Shown piece after piece: positions 20,595 to 30,211 of a stretch of DNA of 64,000 bases. The DNA is from an uncultured Candidatus Saccharibacteria bacterium. GTDB lineage: Bacteria; Patescibacteriota; Minisyncoccia; Phycocordibacterales; UBA5272. A model generated the notes under the pieces. The model made no database searches and was not told the origin of the DNA. It saw nothing but the letters and a program-made list of their open reading frames with translations. Each line of letters opens with the position of its first letter. The first letter of the stretch is position 1. The translations under genes were made by a program, and so were the position numbers. The DNA is taken from NCBI GenBank assembly GCA_964538815.1, contig CAZIHL010000001.1, positions 79,034-143,033 on the forward strand. The letters are read 5' to 3'.

Positions 20595-22811
20595 TTATTT
20601 TTTATTTAATTTATGAGGATTATGATTTGTGCAATTTTTATTAGAGCATCTTTCTGGGATAGTTTTTGTTCCTTCCATCATCATTTCTCCACACATTTTA
20701 CAAAATGCTCCAGTTGGTTTAGCTTTGATTGCATGCTTACAATCTGGATAATTGCTACATGAATAAAATACTCCAAATCTCCCACGTCTCTCTTCCATAT
20801 ATCCTGTTTCGCATTTATTGCATTTTACTCCTGTGTTTTTCTTTTGTCTCTCTTCTTCACTAACTTCTATATATTTACATTTTGGATAATTTGAGCAGGC
20901 GATAAATTTACCAAATCTACCATCTCTTTCGATGAGCTTACCCTTGGAACATTTTGGACAAATTTTTCCTGTATCTTTTGGTCCTTCAAGCTCTGTTCCA
21001 TCTAATTTTCTCGCTCCATTACAATCAGGAAATTTTGAGCAAGAATAAAATTTTCCCCCTTTTGAAAGTTTGATAATCATCTTGTTTCTGCAAATAGGAC
21101 ATTTAATATTCTCTGGCGCTTCGCCAAAATTATTTTCTTTTTCTATTTTTTCCTTTTCTTTTACTTCTTTAAGAAATGGTTTATAGAAATCAGTTAAAAG
21201 TTTTAAATATGTAAGTTTTCCATTTGCTATATCATCAAGCTCATCTTCCATCTCTTTTGTAAAATCATCAGAAATATATTTTGCAAAATTTGCTTCTAGA
21301 AAATCAGAAACAACTTCTCCAGTATCTGTTGGATGAAGTGCTTTATTTATTTTTTCCACATAACCACGATCTTCAATGGTTGAGATAATAGATGCATAAG
21401 TTGAAGGGCGACCAATATCTCTTTTTTCGAGTTCTTTGATAAGGCTGGCCTCGGAGTATCTTCCAGGTGGATTAGTTTCTTTTTCGAAAGAGTTTATTGC
21501 TTTTAAATTTAAATCATCTCCTTCTTTTAGTTTTGGAAGATTTACATCTTCACCTTTACCGTCAGGATCGGCTTTTAACCAGCCATCAAAAAGAATAACA
21601 GATCCATTCACTAAAAAATTTGGATACTCTTTTTTCTCTTTTACATTTACTATTATCTTTGTACGAAGTAATTTTGCATCAGACATTTGTGAAGCAACAG
21701 TCCTTGTCCATATCAAATCATAAAGCCTTTTTTCATCAGAAGTAGATCCAGCTGACAAATTTATTGCATGAGTTGGCCGAATAGCTTCGTGAGCTTCTTG
21801 AGCATTTTTTGATTTAGCTTTATAAGCTCTTGTTTCCAAATACTCTTTTCCATATTTTTTTGTAATAAGAGAAGAGATTTCAGCGACAGCCGAAGTTGCA
21901 AGATTTGTAGAGTCTGTACGCATATATGTAATGAAACCTTTTTCATATAATTTTTGAGCTAGCATCATTGTCTTTTTTGGGGGGAACCCAAGACGACTAG
22001 AAGTAGTTTGCTGCAAGGTTGAGGTTGTAAAAGGTGCCTTAGGGCTAGATTTGGCTTGTGTTTCCTTTATTTCCTTCACATACCAATTTCCTGCACGGCC
22101 ATCTTTTACGATACTTTCAACTAAGTTTTGAGCTTCATCTCCCTTTAATTCTGGATTTAGTCCTGGTTCAAGTTCACAGTCAAAAATAAGTTTATATTTT
22201 TTAGATTCAGTAAGCTTGCCAATAGTTTCAAGCTCAGCAGCGATATTAAAATATTTTATTGGGATGAAATTTCTTATTTCTCTTTCGCGCTCCATTATTA
22301 TACGAAGTGCAGGGGATTGTACGCGTCCTGCTGAAAGGCCATAACGAACTTTTTTCCAAATTATCCCAGAAAGGTCATAACCTACAAGTCTATCAAGCAC
22401 ACGACGAGCTTCTTGGGCTTCTTTTAAATTCATATCAATATCACGTGGATGTTTAAGAGCTTCTATGATTGCTTCTTTTGTAATCTCATGAAATACTGCA
22501 CGTTTTGCATTTTTTAGTCCCACTGCTTCTTTTACATGCCAAGCGATAGCTTCACCTTCACGGTCAGGGTCAGTTGCCAGAATCACTTCTTTTGCATTTT
22601 TAGCAAGAGATTTTATTTCAGAAATAACTTTTTCTTTTCCTTTACTTATTTCATAATGAGGAATAAATCCTGCTTCTATATCAAGCGCTTTTTTATTTGA
22701 CTTAGGAAGATCGCGAATATGTCCAACAGAAGCACGCACAGTAAAATCTCCACCAAGATATTTCTCAATGGTTTTTGCTTTACTTGGAGATTCTACAATA
22801 AGTAATTTCAT
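20595..22811 (-). CDS. topA: DNA topoisomerase I
   Basis: TOPRIM N-terminus MKLLIVESPSKAKTIEKYLG, catalytic Tyr region, four C-terminal C4 zinc ribbons. Confidence 0.9.
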   Translation of the reverse strand: MKLLIVESPSKAKTIEKYLGGDFTVRASVGHIRDLPKSNKKALDIEAGFIPHYEISKGKEKVISEIKSLAKNAKEVILATDPDREGEAIAWHVKEAVGLKNAKRAVFHEITKEAIIEALKHPRDIDMNLKEAQEARRVLDRLVGYDLSGIIWKKVRYGLSAGRVQSPALRIIMEREREIRNFIPIKYFNIAAELETIGKLTESKKYKLIFDCELEPGLNPELKGDEAQNLVESIVKDGRAGNWYVKEIKETQAKSSPKAPFTTSTLQQTTSSRLGFPPKKTMMLAQKLYEKGFITYMRTDSTNLATSAVAEISSLITKKYGKEYLETRAYKAKSKNAQEAHEAIRPTHAINLSAGSTSDEKRLYDLIWTRTVASQMSDAKLLRTKIIVNVKEKKEYPNFLVNGSVILFDGWLKADPDGKGEDVNLPKLKEGDDLNLKAINSFEKETNPPGRYSEASLIKELEKRDIGRPSTYASIISTIEDRGYVEKINKALHPTDTGEVVSDFLEANFAKYISDDFTKEMEDELDDIANGKLTYLKLLTDFYKPFLKEVKEKEKIEKENNFGEAPENIKCPICRNKMIIKLSKGGKFYSCSKFPDCNGARKLDGTELEGPKDTGKICPKCSKGKLIERDGRFGKFIACSNYPKCKYIEVSEEERQKKNTGVKCNKCETGYMEERRGRFGVFYSCSNYPDCKHAIKAKPTGAFCKMCGEMMMEGTKTIPERCSNKNCTNHNPHKLNKK

Positions 22812-22938
22812 AATAATAGATTAAATAAAAATATTTTAGAATTATTTTTTTCTAAAATATTTTGATGAATGAATATATTTTCATTATAGCACAGGAGTAT
22901 AACAGTAAATTTTATTTTTGCAAAGCTCTGTTAAGTTT

Positions 22939-25308
22939 TTATTTAGCGTATTCAGTAGCTTCATCAAATTTAATTGAAAGAAGTTTTGAACTTCCCTCAA
23001 CTCCAATTGTCACTCCGTAAAGCACATCACATTGATTCATTGTCTCGCGATTGTGAGTGATGACGAGTAATTTTGAATTTTCAGAAAGTCTACGGACCAT
23101 TTTTCCATATTTGCGAGCATTTGCCTCATCAAGAGCTGCATCAGTCTCATCTAGCACCATAAATGGTGGGTGATTAATTGAACTCATTGCGAAAATGAGA
23201 GCAATAGAAGATAGTGCACGCTCTCCACCAGAAAGCATTTGTAAATCTTTGACTTTCTTTTGTGGTAAGTTTACCGATATTTCAATACCAGGTTCTTTTT
23301 CTTCCTCTTCTTCTCCATTATTTTCTTCTTTATTTTTAATTACCTTTTCAAGCGTAAGAGAGGCATGACCTCCTGTAAATATTTCACTAAAATATGTATT
23401 AAAGTTTGAATTAATTTTTTCAAGTCCAGCATTAAAGTCTAATAATAGTGTATTTTTTAAATCAGTGATTAAGTTTTCAAGGTTTCCTCTTGAGTTTTCA
23501 AGATCTGAAATTTCATGAGCTAGAAATTCATCTCTCTCAGACAGAGTTTTATATTCTTCAAGTACATCTCCTGCATTTGTGACTCCAGTTTCTTCTACTT
23601 TTATTTTGCTTCGGTCTATTTTTCGTAGTAAATCACTCTGAAGCATATTAAAGAAACTTTTTTCAAGTTCAGTCATTTCAGTTTCTATAAAAGATCTATA
23701 TTTAAATGTGTTTATTCCAAGAACAACAATCATATCTTTGGTGATATGTTCAAAATTTTCCTCTTGATTTCTAAGATTCTCTTCTTTCATTTTTATGGTT
23801 TCTTTTTGAGAATATAGTTTTTCAAGATTTAATTTAGCTTGTAAAATTTCATTATCAAGCTTGAAAGATTTTTCTTTCGCTTCTATTTTTAAATTATTTA
23901 ATTCTTCTTCTAATTTATTTTTATTAGAATTTAATTCTTTAATTTCTTTATCAAGATTTTGTAATAAAGAATTTTTTTCTTCTTTATTTTTATTTAAATT
24001 TTCAATTTCTATTTCATATTTTTTTTCTTCCTTATTATTAAAATTATTTTTTTCATTTGGATTTAGGTTTTTAATTTTAGTGAAAAAATCTAATTCTTCA
24101 ATATTTGCTTTTTTAAGAAAGTTTGGAAGCTCTCCAAATTTTTGTGCATTTGATAAGTTAAAAATTTCTTTCCAAAGATTGGTGCGAGAACTTTCAAAAT
24201 TATGAAATTCGTTTTTATTTATAAAATATTTTTCAACTTTTTCTCTTGCTTCTTCTTCCAGTTTTCTATTTTGATTTTCAATATTTTTTTTAATTAAAAA
24301 TCTAATCTCTGCATCAAGATTTAAAATTTCTTTATAAATATTTTCTCTTTCAATATTTGATGAATTTATTTTTTGAAAAAGGGAAGAAATTTCTTCTTCT
24401 AATTTATTTTTTAAAGTGTTTTCTTTTTCTTTATCATTATTTTCTTCTTCAGATTTCTTTGTTTCTAAAAGTATATGAAGACTCGATTCTAAAGTCGTAA
24501 TTCTATTTTCAATACCATCATTATGTATTTCTTTCTTTTTCTTTTCTATATCTAAATTTTCTTTATAAAGATAAACTTTAAGCATGTTAGAGAGAAAAAA
24601 AATTTCCTCTTCTCTTTTTTCAAGTTCTTTTACTTGTTTTTTTAAATAATTAAGATGGGGAATATTTTCTTTTCTTATTAGTTCAATTTCATTTAAATGG
24701 GTTTTAACTTTATCAAGTTTTTTTTCTCCTTCTTTGATACGTATATGATAAATACGAAGTCCGAGAGCATCTTCAATCATTTCTCTTCTATCATTACTAT
24801 TTGAAAGAAGTATTCTGTCAGCTTCACCTTGATTTACAATTGTGTGCCCCGCAACAGAGATATTTGCCATAGCAAGTAGCTCTTGCACATCTTTTAGGCG
24901 AACTTTTGTACCATTAATTAAATATTCACTTGCACCATCCATATAAATCTCACGAGTTAAAATAATTTCATCTAAATTTATAAAATTGGAAAGAGTGTTA
25001 GAAATTTCGTGGCTACCGTTTATAAATTTCTCATTTATTTTTTTGTTTCTATTATCTAAATGCATTGAAACACTGGCACGAGATAGAGGAGAGAGATGAC
25101 TTGATCCTTTGAATATGAGGTCGCTACCACTTTTTGAGCGAAGACCTTTCATACTTTGTTCACCAAGCACAAAACGAATTGCTTCAGCAACATTACTTTT
25201 ACCTGATCCATTTGGACCAACTACTCCTGTAACAGGAGTAGAAAGATCAAGGTTCACTTTTTTAGCAAAGCTTTTAAATCCTTGCATACTGATTGATTTT
25301 AGATACAT
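22939..25308 (-). CDS. smc: chromosome segregation ATPase SMC (short form)
   Basis: Walker A GPNGSGKSN at the N-terminus, long coiled coil, C-terminal signature LSGGERALSSIAL and Walker B MVLDETDAALD. scpA and scpB are present downstream. Confidence 0.75.
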   Translation of the reverse strand: MYLKSISMQGFKSFAKKVNLDLSTPVTGVVGPNGSGKSNVAEAIRFVLGEQSMKGLRSKSGSDLIFKGSSHLSPLSRASVSMHLDNRNKKINEKFINGSHEISNTLSNFINLDEIILTREIYMDGASEYLINGTKVRLKDVQELLAMANISVAGHTIVNQGEADRILLSNSNDRREMIEDALGLRIYHIRIKEGEKKLDKVKTHLNEIELIRKENIPHLNYLKKQVKELEKREEEIFFLSNMLKVYLYKENLDIEKKKKEIHNDGIENRITTLESSLHILLETKKSEEENNDKEKENTLKNKLEEEISSLFQKINSSNIERENIYKEILNLDAEIRFLIKKNIENQNRKLEEEAREKVEKYFINKNEFHNFESSRTNLWKEIFNLSNAQKFGELPNFLKKANIEELDFFTKIKNLNPNEKNNFNNKEEKKYEIEIENLNKNKEEKNSLLQNLDKEIKELNSNKNKLEEELNNLKIEAKEKSFKLDNEILQAKLNLEKLYSQKETIKMKEENLRNQEENFEHITKDMIVVLGINTFKYRSFIETEMTELEKSFFNMLQSDLLRKIDRSKIKVEETGVTNAGDVLEEYKTLSERDEFLAHEISDLENSRGNLENLITDLKNTLLLDFNAGLEKINSNFNTYFSEIFTGGHASLTLEKVIKNKEENNGEEEEEKEPGIEISVNLPQKKVKDLQMLSGGERALSSIALIFAMSSINHPPFMVLDETDAALDEANARKYGKMVRRLSENSKLLVITHNRETMNQCDVLYGVTIGVEGSSKLLSIKFDEATEYAK

Positions 25309-25364
25309 AAAAATACAATCTTTATTAATAAAATTATAACATGAAATTTTTTATATTTTAAAAA

Positions 25365-26183
25365 TTAAATTACAAAAAATATAATAAAAAAAATTATAGA
25401 TATTATTATTCTATACCAACCAAAGATTACAAAATTATTTTTTTGAATATAAGATAAAAGCCATTTAATGAAAATAAGAGCAAAAAGAAATGAAGCTACA
25501 AAACCAATACCAATATTTAAAATATCTGTACTTGAGAAATTTTCATAGCTTTTTAAAATATCGTAGCCAGTAGCGGCAAGCATAGTAGGTATTGCAAGAA
25601 GAAATGAAAATTTTACAATGGTTTCTCTTTTTAAATTCATTAAAAGCCCACCGATAATTGTAGCTCCACTTCTTGATACTCCTGGAATTATTGCAATACT
25701 CTGCCAAAGTCCAAGTAAAAAAGCTTTTTTGTATGAAATTTCTTTTATTTTAAGTCTAGTATTATTTTCTTCTTTTATTTTTTTATCAAATTCTGGAGAA
25801 AAAATTTTATTTCTACGATTATATTTATTTTCTAAAATTATCATTGTGATTCCACCGATTAAAAGAGAAATAATAACAATAAATACATTATCTAATAAAT
25901 ACTCTTTTATTAATTTATAAACAGTTAACCCTATTATTCCGGTCGGTAAAAAACCTATAATTAATTTCTTAATAGTTTCAAAATTAAATAATTCTTTAAA
26001 ATATAAGACAACAACAGCAAGTATTGCACCAAGTTGTATTATTATTGAAAAACTTTTTAAGGTTTCCGTGTCTGGAATCTTTAATAGGTGGGAAGTTAAA
26101 ATAAGGTGTCCAGTGGAAGAAATGGGTAAGAATTCTGTAATACCTTCGACAATACCTAGAATGATTGAATGTAATATAGACAT
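25365..26183 (-). CDS. uppP: undecaprenyl-diphosphatase
   Basis: BacA/UppP motifs GITEFLPISSTGHL and PGVSRSG. Confidence 0.9.
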   Translation of the reverse strand: MSILHSIILGIVEGITEFLPISSTGHLILTSHLLKIPDTETLKSFSIIIQLGAILAVVVLYFKELFNFETIKKLIIGFLPTGIIGLTVYKLIKEYLLDNVFIVIISLLIGGITMIILENKYNRRNKIFSPEFDKKIKEENNTRLKIKEISYKKAFLLGLWQSIAIIPGVSRSGATIIGGLLMNLKRETIVKFSFLLAIPTMLAATGYDILKSYENFSSTDILNIGIGFVASFLFALIFIKWLLSYIQKNNFVIFGWYRIIISIIFFIIFFVI

Positions 26184-26247
26184 AGAAATTATTTAATAAA
26201 TATAAGACCTAATCACAAATTCGCTCGTGGCTTCGCAGATAACTCAG

Positions 26248-26268
26248 TTCGAGTCCCGCCCCGAGCAA
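26248..26268. repeat. inverted copy of the 3' 21 nt (T-arm/acceptor) of the adjacent tRNA-Leu(UAA)
   Basis: gttcgagtcccgccccgagca is the exact reverse complement of 26315..26335. Confidence 0.7.
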
Positions 26269-26312
26269 AAAATATATTCAAAAAATCTTCCAGATTTTTC
26301 TCATTATTTTTT

Positions 26313-26395
26313 GGTGCTCGGGGCGGGACTCGAACCCGCAAGCCGTGAGGCAAAAGATTTTAAGTCTTTCGTGTATACCATTCCACCACCCGAGC
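26313..26395 (-). tRNA. tRNA-Leu(UAA)
   Basis: Minus-strand cloverleaf with anticodon loop ACTTAAAAT (UAA) and a long variable arm. Acceptor GCTCGGG pairs with CCCGAGC. Confidence 0.85.
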
Positions 26396-26462
26396 ATTTT
26401 ATGTTGATTATTTTAACATAAAATTAATTCTTTTGAAAATATTAAAAATATTTTTTAAATTT

Positions 26463-26669
26463 TTAATTATCATTTTTATTTTCTTCTTCATCGTTAAGTT
26501 TTTTTTTAAATTTTTCAAAATAGGAATTTATTCCACTGACGTTGTTTTTCTGAAAAAAGGTGTTTAATTGTTCTTTATTTAAAGGTCGCATATTTTGTCT
26601 AGTAATATTTTCTCCTTTTTGTTCAATAGTTTCTTTTTTTATTTTTTTATTAAAAAAATTAAATTTCAT
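26463..26669 (-). CDS. hypothetical small basic protein
   Basis: 68-aa ORF between two tRNA genes with no recognisable domain. Confidence 0.3.
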   Translation of the reverse strand: MKFNFFNKKIKKETIEQKGENITRQNMRPLNKEQLNTFFQKNNVSGINSYFEKFKKKLNDEEENKNDN

Positions 26670-26740
26670 AATATTATATTTATAATTATAATTTTAATAA
26701 TAACATATTTTGTGATATTATTATTGTAATAATGTTTTAT

Positions 26741-26814
26741 TGGTGCGATGGCGAAGAGGCTTAACGCTGCGGTTTGCAAAACCGCCATTTCGCGGGTTCG
26801 AATCCCGCTCGCAC
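26741..26814 (+). tRNA. tRNA-Cys(GCA)
   Basis: Cloverleaf with anticodon stem-loop gcggt-TTGCAAA-accgc and T-loop TTCGAAT. Confidence 0.85.
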
Positions 26815-26831
26815 CTCATTAAATTAATTAT

Positions 26832-27251
26832 ATGAAAAAAAATATTTTTTTTAATAAAATAGAAAAAAAAATTACAAAAATACAATTAAAAAATAGAAAT
26901 TTTTTAGCAAAACATAAGTTTTTTTATTCTCTTTTAGGAGCAACAGGTGTAGTTCTTTATTGGAGAGGAGTTTGGCATATGGCTGATATTTTAGAAAACA
27001 GAGGAGGTTTTTTAGAAATATTTTTTTCTCCCATAGGTTCTCTCATTTTGGGAATTTTAATATTATCTTTTGGCGGGATTTTAGTCCAAGAATTAATAGG
27101 CACAGATACAATTATTTCAGGACTTAAAAAACAAAAAAGAGATATTGATAAAACTATAGATGAATTATCAAAAGAAGAAGAAATTAGAAAAAAAGAAAAA
27201 AATTTAATAGTAGAAATAGATAACCATTTACACAAAATTGAAAAAAAATAA
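26832..27251 (+). CDS. hypothetical membrane protein
   Basis: 139 aa with two predicted TM segments and a charged C-terminal tail. Confidence 0.45.
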   Translation: MKKNIFFNKIEKKITKIQLKNRNFLAKHKFFYSLLGATGVVLYWRGVWHMADILENRGGFLEIFFSPIGSLILGILILSFGGILVQELIGTDTIISGLKKQKRDIDKTIDELSKEEEIRKKEKNLIVEIDNHLHKIEKK

Positions 27252-27325
27252 ATAATATAGACAGATAAAATAATTATTTTTTGAAAAATATTTATTTTGT
27301 GTTATTATTGTTTAATAACAACGCT

Positions 27326-27398
27326 GGGCCCTTAGCTCATTTGGTAGAGCGCCGGTTTTGCACTCCGGAGGTGAGCGGTTCGAATCCGCTAGGGTCCA
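27326..27398 (+). tRNA. tRNA-Ala(UGC)
   Basis: G3:U70 alanine identity pair in the acceptor stem, anticodon loop TTTGCAC, T-loop TTCGAAT. Confidence 0.85.
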
Positions 27399-27527
27399 CT
27401 AATAGTATTTGACTAATTATATATAATATAGTATTATCTTTTTGGGAAATTAAATTTAGTATTTTTAAAAATAAGCATATTTAATAAACTTATTTTTATA
27501 ATAAAAACAATTCTTTAAAAACATAAC

Positions 27528-27557
27528 TCGGGGACGGGAGAAAATCCGAACACTACA
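27528..27557 (+). promoter_or_regulatory. conserved 30-nt motif abutting a start codon (copy 1)
   Basis: ctcggggacgggagaaaatccgaacactac, near-identical to the copy at 28518..28547. Confidence 0.5.
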
Positions 27558-27560
27558 ATA

Positions 27561-28460
27561 ATGAAAAAAGAAAATAAAAATGATTCGTCAATTCTTATTG
27601 TTATAATAACTTTATTATCTTTTATTTTGGGTGTAGTTTCTTCTACTTTCATAAAAGAAATAATTGAAGAAATTCGCCTTGCGTTTCTGAGATTTATGGA
27701 AGTGAACCATACTTTTATAGTATGGTCTTTGATTGGGGTGACCACTTTTTATTTTTTTCTAGTGGTAGCATTCTTGCCTCCACCTAAAAAGAAATCTTCT
27801 CAAAAAGAAGAATCAAATCCTAACTCTGGCAGCAATAATAACTCCACTAAAGATGATCAACAGAAAAAGGAGGAAGATGAAGCTAAAAGAAAAGAAGAAG
27901 AAAGAATAAAAAAGGAAAAAGAAGAACAGGAAAGAAGACAGAAGGATGAAGAAGCTAAAAGAAAAGAAGAAGAAAGAATAAAAAAGGAAAAAGAAGAACA
28001 GGAAAGAAGACAGAAGGATGAAGAAGCTAAAAGAAAAGAAGAAGAAAAAGCCAAAAGTAAACAAGAGGAACAAAAAAGAAAAGACGAAGAATCTAAAAAA
28101 GAATCTGAAGCTAAAGATAGTACAAAAGAAAAATATCAAGGTAACTCCTTCTTTTCATTAAAAGTGGAGTCCATTATTTCCAGGATAGAAACCGCCCAAA
28201 AAGGATGGGAAATATTTAAAACCAAAAATATGGATAAACATCATCTTTATGCACAAATCTTTAGTGGATTTGTGGAAGAATTTTTGGTTCTTAATGAAAA
28301 AGAGAACAAAAGAATTTATCGCAAGCTAGCAAAGATGTTTCATCCAGAAGGTGATAATTCTGGGAAAATTGATGGAAAAGTATTAGAGTCAACTTTTCAA
28401 AAGTTGACTAATGTTTATAAAGAACATTATAACTTCTATTTTTCCAAAAAAAATATGTAG
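27561..28460 (+). CDS. membrane-anchored KE-rich repeat protein with degenerate J-domain-like C-terminus
   Basis: N-terminal TM, tandem 24-aa EEAKRKEEERIKKEKEEQERRQKD repeats, C-terminal YRKLAKMFHPEGD (HPD-like). Confidence 0.6.
   Translation: MKKENKNDSSILIVIITLLSFILGVVSSTFIKEIIEEIRLAFLRFMEVNHTFIVWSLIGVTTFYFFLVVAFLPPPKKKSSQKEESNPNSGSNNNSTKDDQQKKEEDEAKRKEEERIKKEKEEQERRQKDEEAKRKEEERIKKEKEEQERRQKDEEAKRKEEEKAKSKQEEQKRKDEESKKESEAKDSTKEKYQGNSFFSLKVESIISRIETAQKGWEIFKTKNMDKHHLYAQIFSGFVEEFLVLNEKENKRIYRKLAKMFHPEGDNSGKIDGKVLESTFQKLTNVYKEHYNFYFSKKNM
27878..28050 (+). repeat. 72-bp tandem repeat (about 2.4 copies) inside the CDS
   Basis: gaagctaaaagaaaagaagaagaaagaataaaaaaggaaaaagaagaacaggaaagaagacagaaggat repeated. 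Confidence 0.8.
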
Positions 28461-28467
28461 ATACATT

Positions 28468-28500
28468 ATGCTGCGCTTTACAGCGCAGCATTTATCTTTC
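28468..28500 (+). terminator. intrinsic terminator
   Basis: tgctgcgc-tttaca-gcgcagca then T-rich tail. Confidence 0.6.
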
Positions 28501-28517
28501 TTTTTTAAAATCTAAAA

Positions 28518-28547
28518 TCGGGGACGGGACAAAATCCGAACACTGCT
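28518..28547 (+). promoter_or_regulatory. conserved 30-nt motif abutting a start codon (copy 2)
   Basis: atcggggacgggacaaaatccgaacactgc, 4-5 nt before the ATG at 28552. Confidence 0.5.
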
Positions 28548-28551
28548 TCAA

Positions 28552-30144
28552 ATGAGCTTTATATTTACAATCTTAATTTGGATAGGGCTTTATTTCTTAG
28601 AATCTAAAAAAGGTATCTGGATAAGTGATAGTCCTATCTTTCAAGTGATTATGTGTTGGATTTATTTTATGAATGCTTTTGTTATGGTTAAAAGAGGTCA
28701 GACAAGAGAACTTATATTTAGACCAACACAAAGACTTTTGATAGACTTAAGGCCTGGAATTTATTTCTTTCCATTCTTATGGTGGTGGGGAGAGGTAGAA
28801 GAAGATTATGAACCTCAAAAATCTTCTTTCATTCATATTGATACGAGACAAGTTTTTAGAAAAAGAGAACTTGTTGGTAGATGGGGCTGGTTTGAAGATG
28901 TGAGTAGAGAATTTTTGATCCCTTTTATATTAAGAAGAAGTTTATGGGCGATAGTAATTTGTTTTATACTTGCCTACTTTATAGGAACTTATTCTGTAAA
29001 ATTAAAACATAAATATTTTGTTGATTATTTTCCAAAAAGGGAAGTCTCAAAAGAAAATAATTCTACTAGTTATCCTTCTACTAATTATTCAGCAACAACT
29101 CAGAATTCTTACTCATCTTCATCAAGTTCAGAAGTTTCTAATTCTAATCAAAATGCATACAATGCCAATGATGTGCAAGAAGTTCAGCAATCACAAAAAG
29201 AAGTGTGGCCACCTCCTGAGTCTTATAATTCTGCTCGTACTTGGGATAATTTGCAGCTAGATGATAACTACACAGCAGTTGCAAGTCTAAACAAAGGAGT
29301 AAATTATGTTGAAGAGGAAGGATTTTTTGTCTCGTTTTCAAGATCTAAAAATTATTATCCACATGTGTATGTGGATGGATTTTCGGAAGATAATGATTTT
29401 TTTTGCAAGTTTTTTACAGTTCACATAAATAGACTTACATTTAATAATGGTGAGGCCTGGAATAATGTGGATATGAATTTGTGTGATTATATAGAAATTG
29501 TAAAAGATAAAAAAAAAGTTGGAGAGGGACAATATAGAAGTATAAAGATAATGTTGAAAAATGAATTTTCTGGTAAATATAAGTGGCATTTAGTGTCAGC
29601 AGGGTTTGGAAATGAAAATTCAGACTTTAGGTTATTTTTAGGAGATCAATCTACATCTTCCAATGCTGAAGCAAAAAGAAAAAGTGACATAGAGCAGAAC
29701 AAGGCGGATGAAATACAGAGGCAAAATAATATTGCGGAAAAAAGACAACAAGAAGCGAGAGAAGCAGAACAAAGATCTGATTACAATGAACAAACTAGAA
29801 TTATGAGAGCAAGTATAAGATTTATTCCTCATATAATTTTGAACGGCTATGATATCAATACTGTATCTCAATATCTTTTAAAAGGATATAAGATTTCTTA
29901 TGATAGAAATTCAGATGGTTCTTTTATCATTTTGAATGATTTTAATTCTGTAATTCAAGAGGAAGAATGTTTTTATTTTACTTTTGCTTGCAGGGGGTTC
30001 TTGTATCATTCTGACAATAGAAAAAGGTTTGACGGAGCGATGAATAAATCATTAGAAAATGACGCAAATATTTCCGCTAATCTTCCAGAGTATGTTTACG
30101 TCATAAACGGAAGAAAATTTAACTTCGATGGATCAAGATATTGA
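28552..30144 (+). CDS. hypothetical membrane-associated protein
   Basis: 530 aa with N-terminal TM segments, a Ser-rich low-complexity linker and a C-terminal globular region of unknown function. Confidence 0.55.
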   Translation: MSFIFTILIWIGLYFLESKKGIWISDSPIFQVIMCWIYFMNAFVMVKRGQTRELIFRPTQRLLIDLRPGIYFFPFLWWWGEVEEDYEPQKSSFIHIDTRQVFRKRELVGRWGWFEDVSREFLIPFILRRSLWAIVICFILAYFIGTYSVKLKHKYFVDYFPKREVSKENNSTSYPSTNYSATTQNSYSSSSSSEVSNSNQNAYNANDVQEVQQSQKEVWPPPESYNSARTWDNLQLDDNYTAVASLNKGVNYVEEEGFFVSFSRSKNYYPHVYVDGFSEDNDFFCKFFTVHINRLTFNNGEAWNNVDMNLCDYIEIVKDKKKVGEGQYRSIKIMLKNEFSGKYKWHLVSAGFGNENSDFRLFLGDQSTSSNAEAKRKSDIEQNKADEIQRQNNIAEKRQQEAREAEQRSDYNEQTRIMRASIRFIPHIILNGYDINTVSQYLLKGYKISYDRNSDGSFIILNDFNSVIQEEECFYFTFACRGFLYHSDNRKRFDGAMNKSLENDANISANLPEYVYVINGRKFNFDGSRY

Positions 30145-30149
30145 TTTTA

Positions 30150-30185
30150 CTCCACACAAAAAATTTTGTGTGGAGTTTTTTATTT
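30150..30185 (+). terminator. intrinsic terminator
   Basis: ctccacacaaaa/ttttgtgtggag hairpin then T-run. Confidence 0.65.
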
Positions 30186-30211
30186 TCTTCATGATAAAAT
30201 AATATAAACAT

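Noticed and set aside
26227-26421. 64-aa ORF on the plus strand
   Set aside because: It overlaps tRNA-Leu(UAA) and its inverted 3' fragment. It is a translation of tRNA sequence.
27878-28050. Possible CRISPR array
   Set aside because: The repeats are 72-bp perfectly tandem units inside a reading frame, with no spacers and no cas genes. No CRISPR arrays are evident anywhere in the window.
27813-28139. Phe/Ser-rich ORFs antisense to the KE-rich repeat region (27813..28139 -, 27857..28054 -)
   Set aside because: They are the complement of a purine-rich coding repeat, which is a classic antisense artefact.
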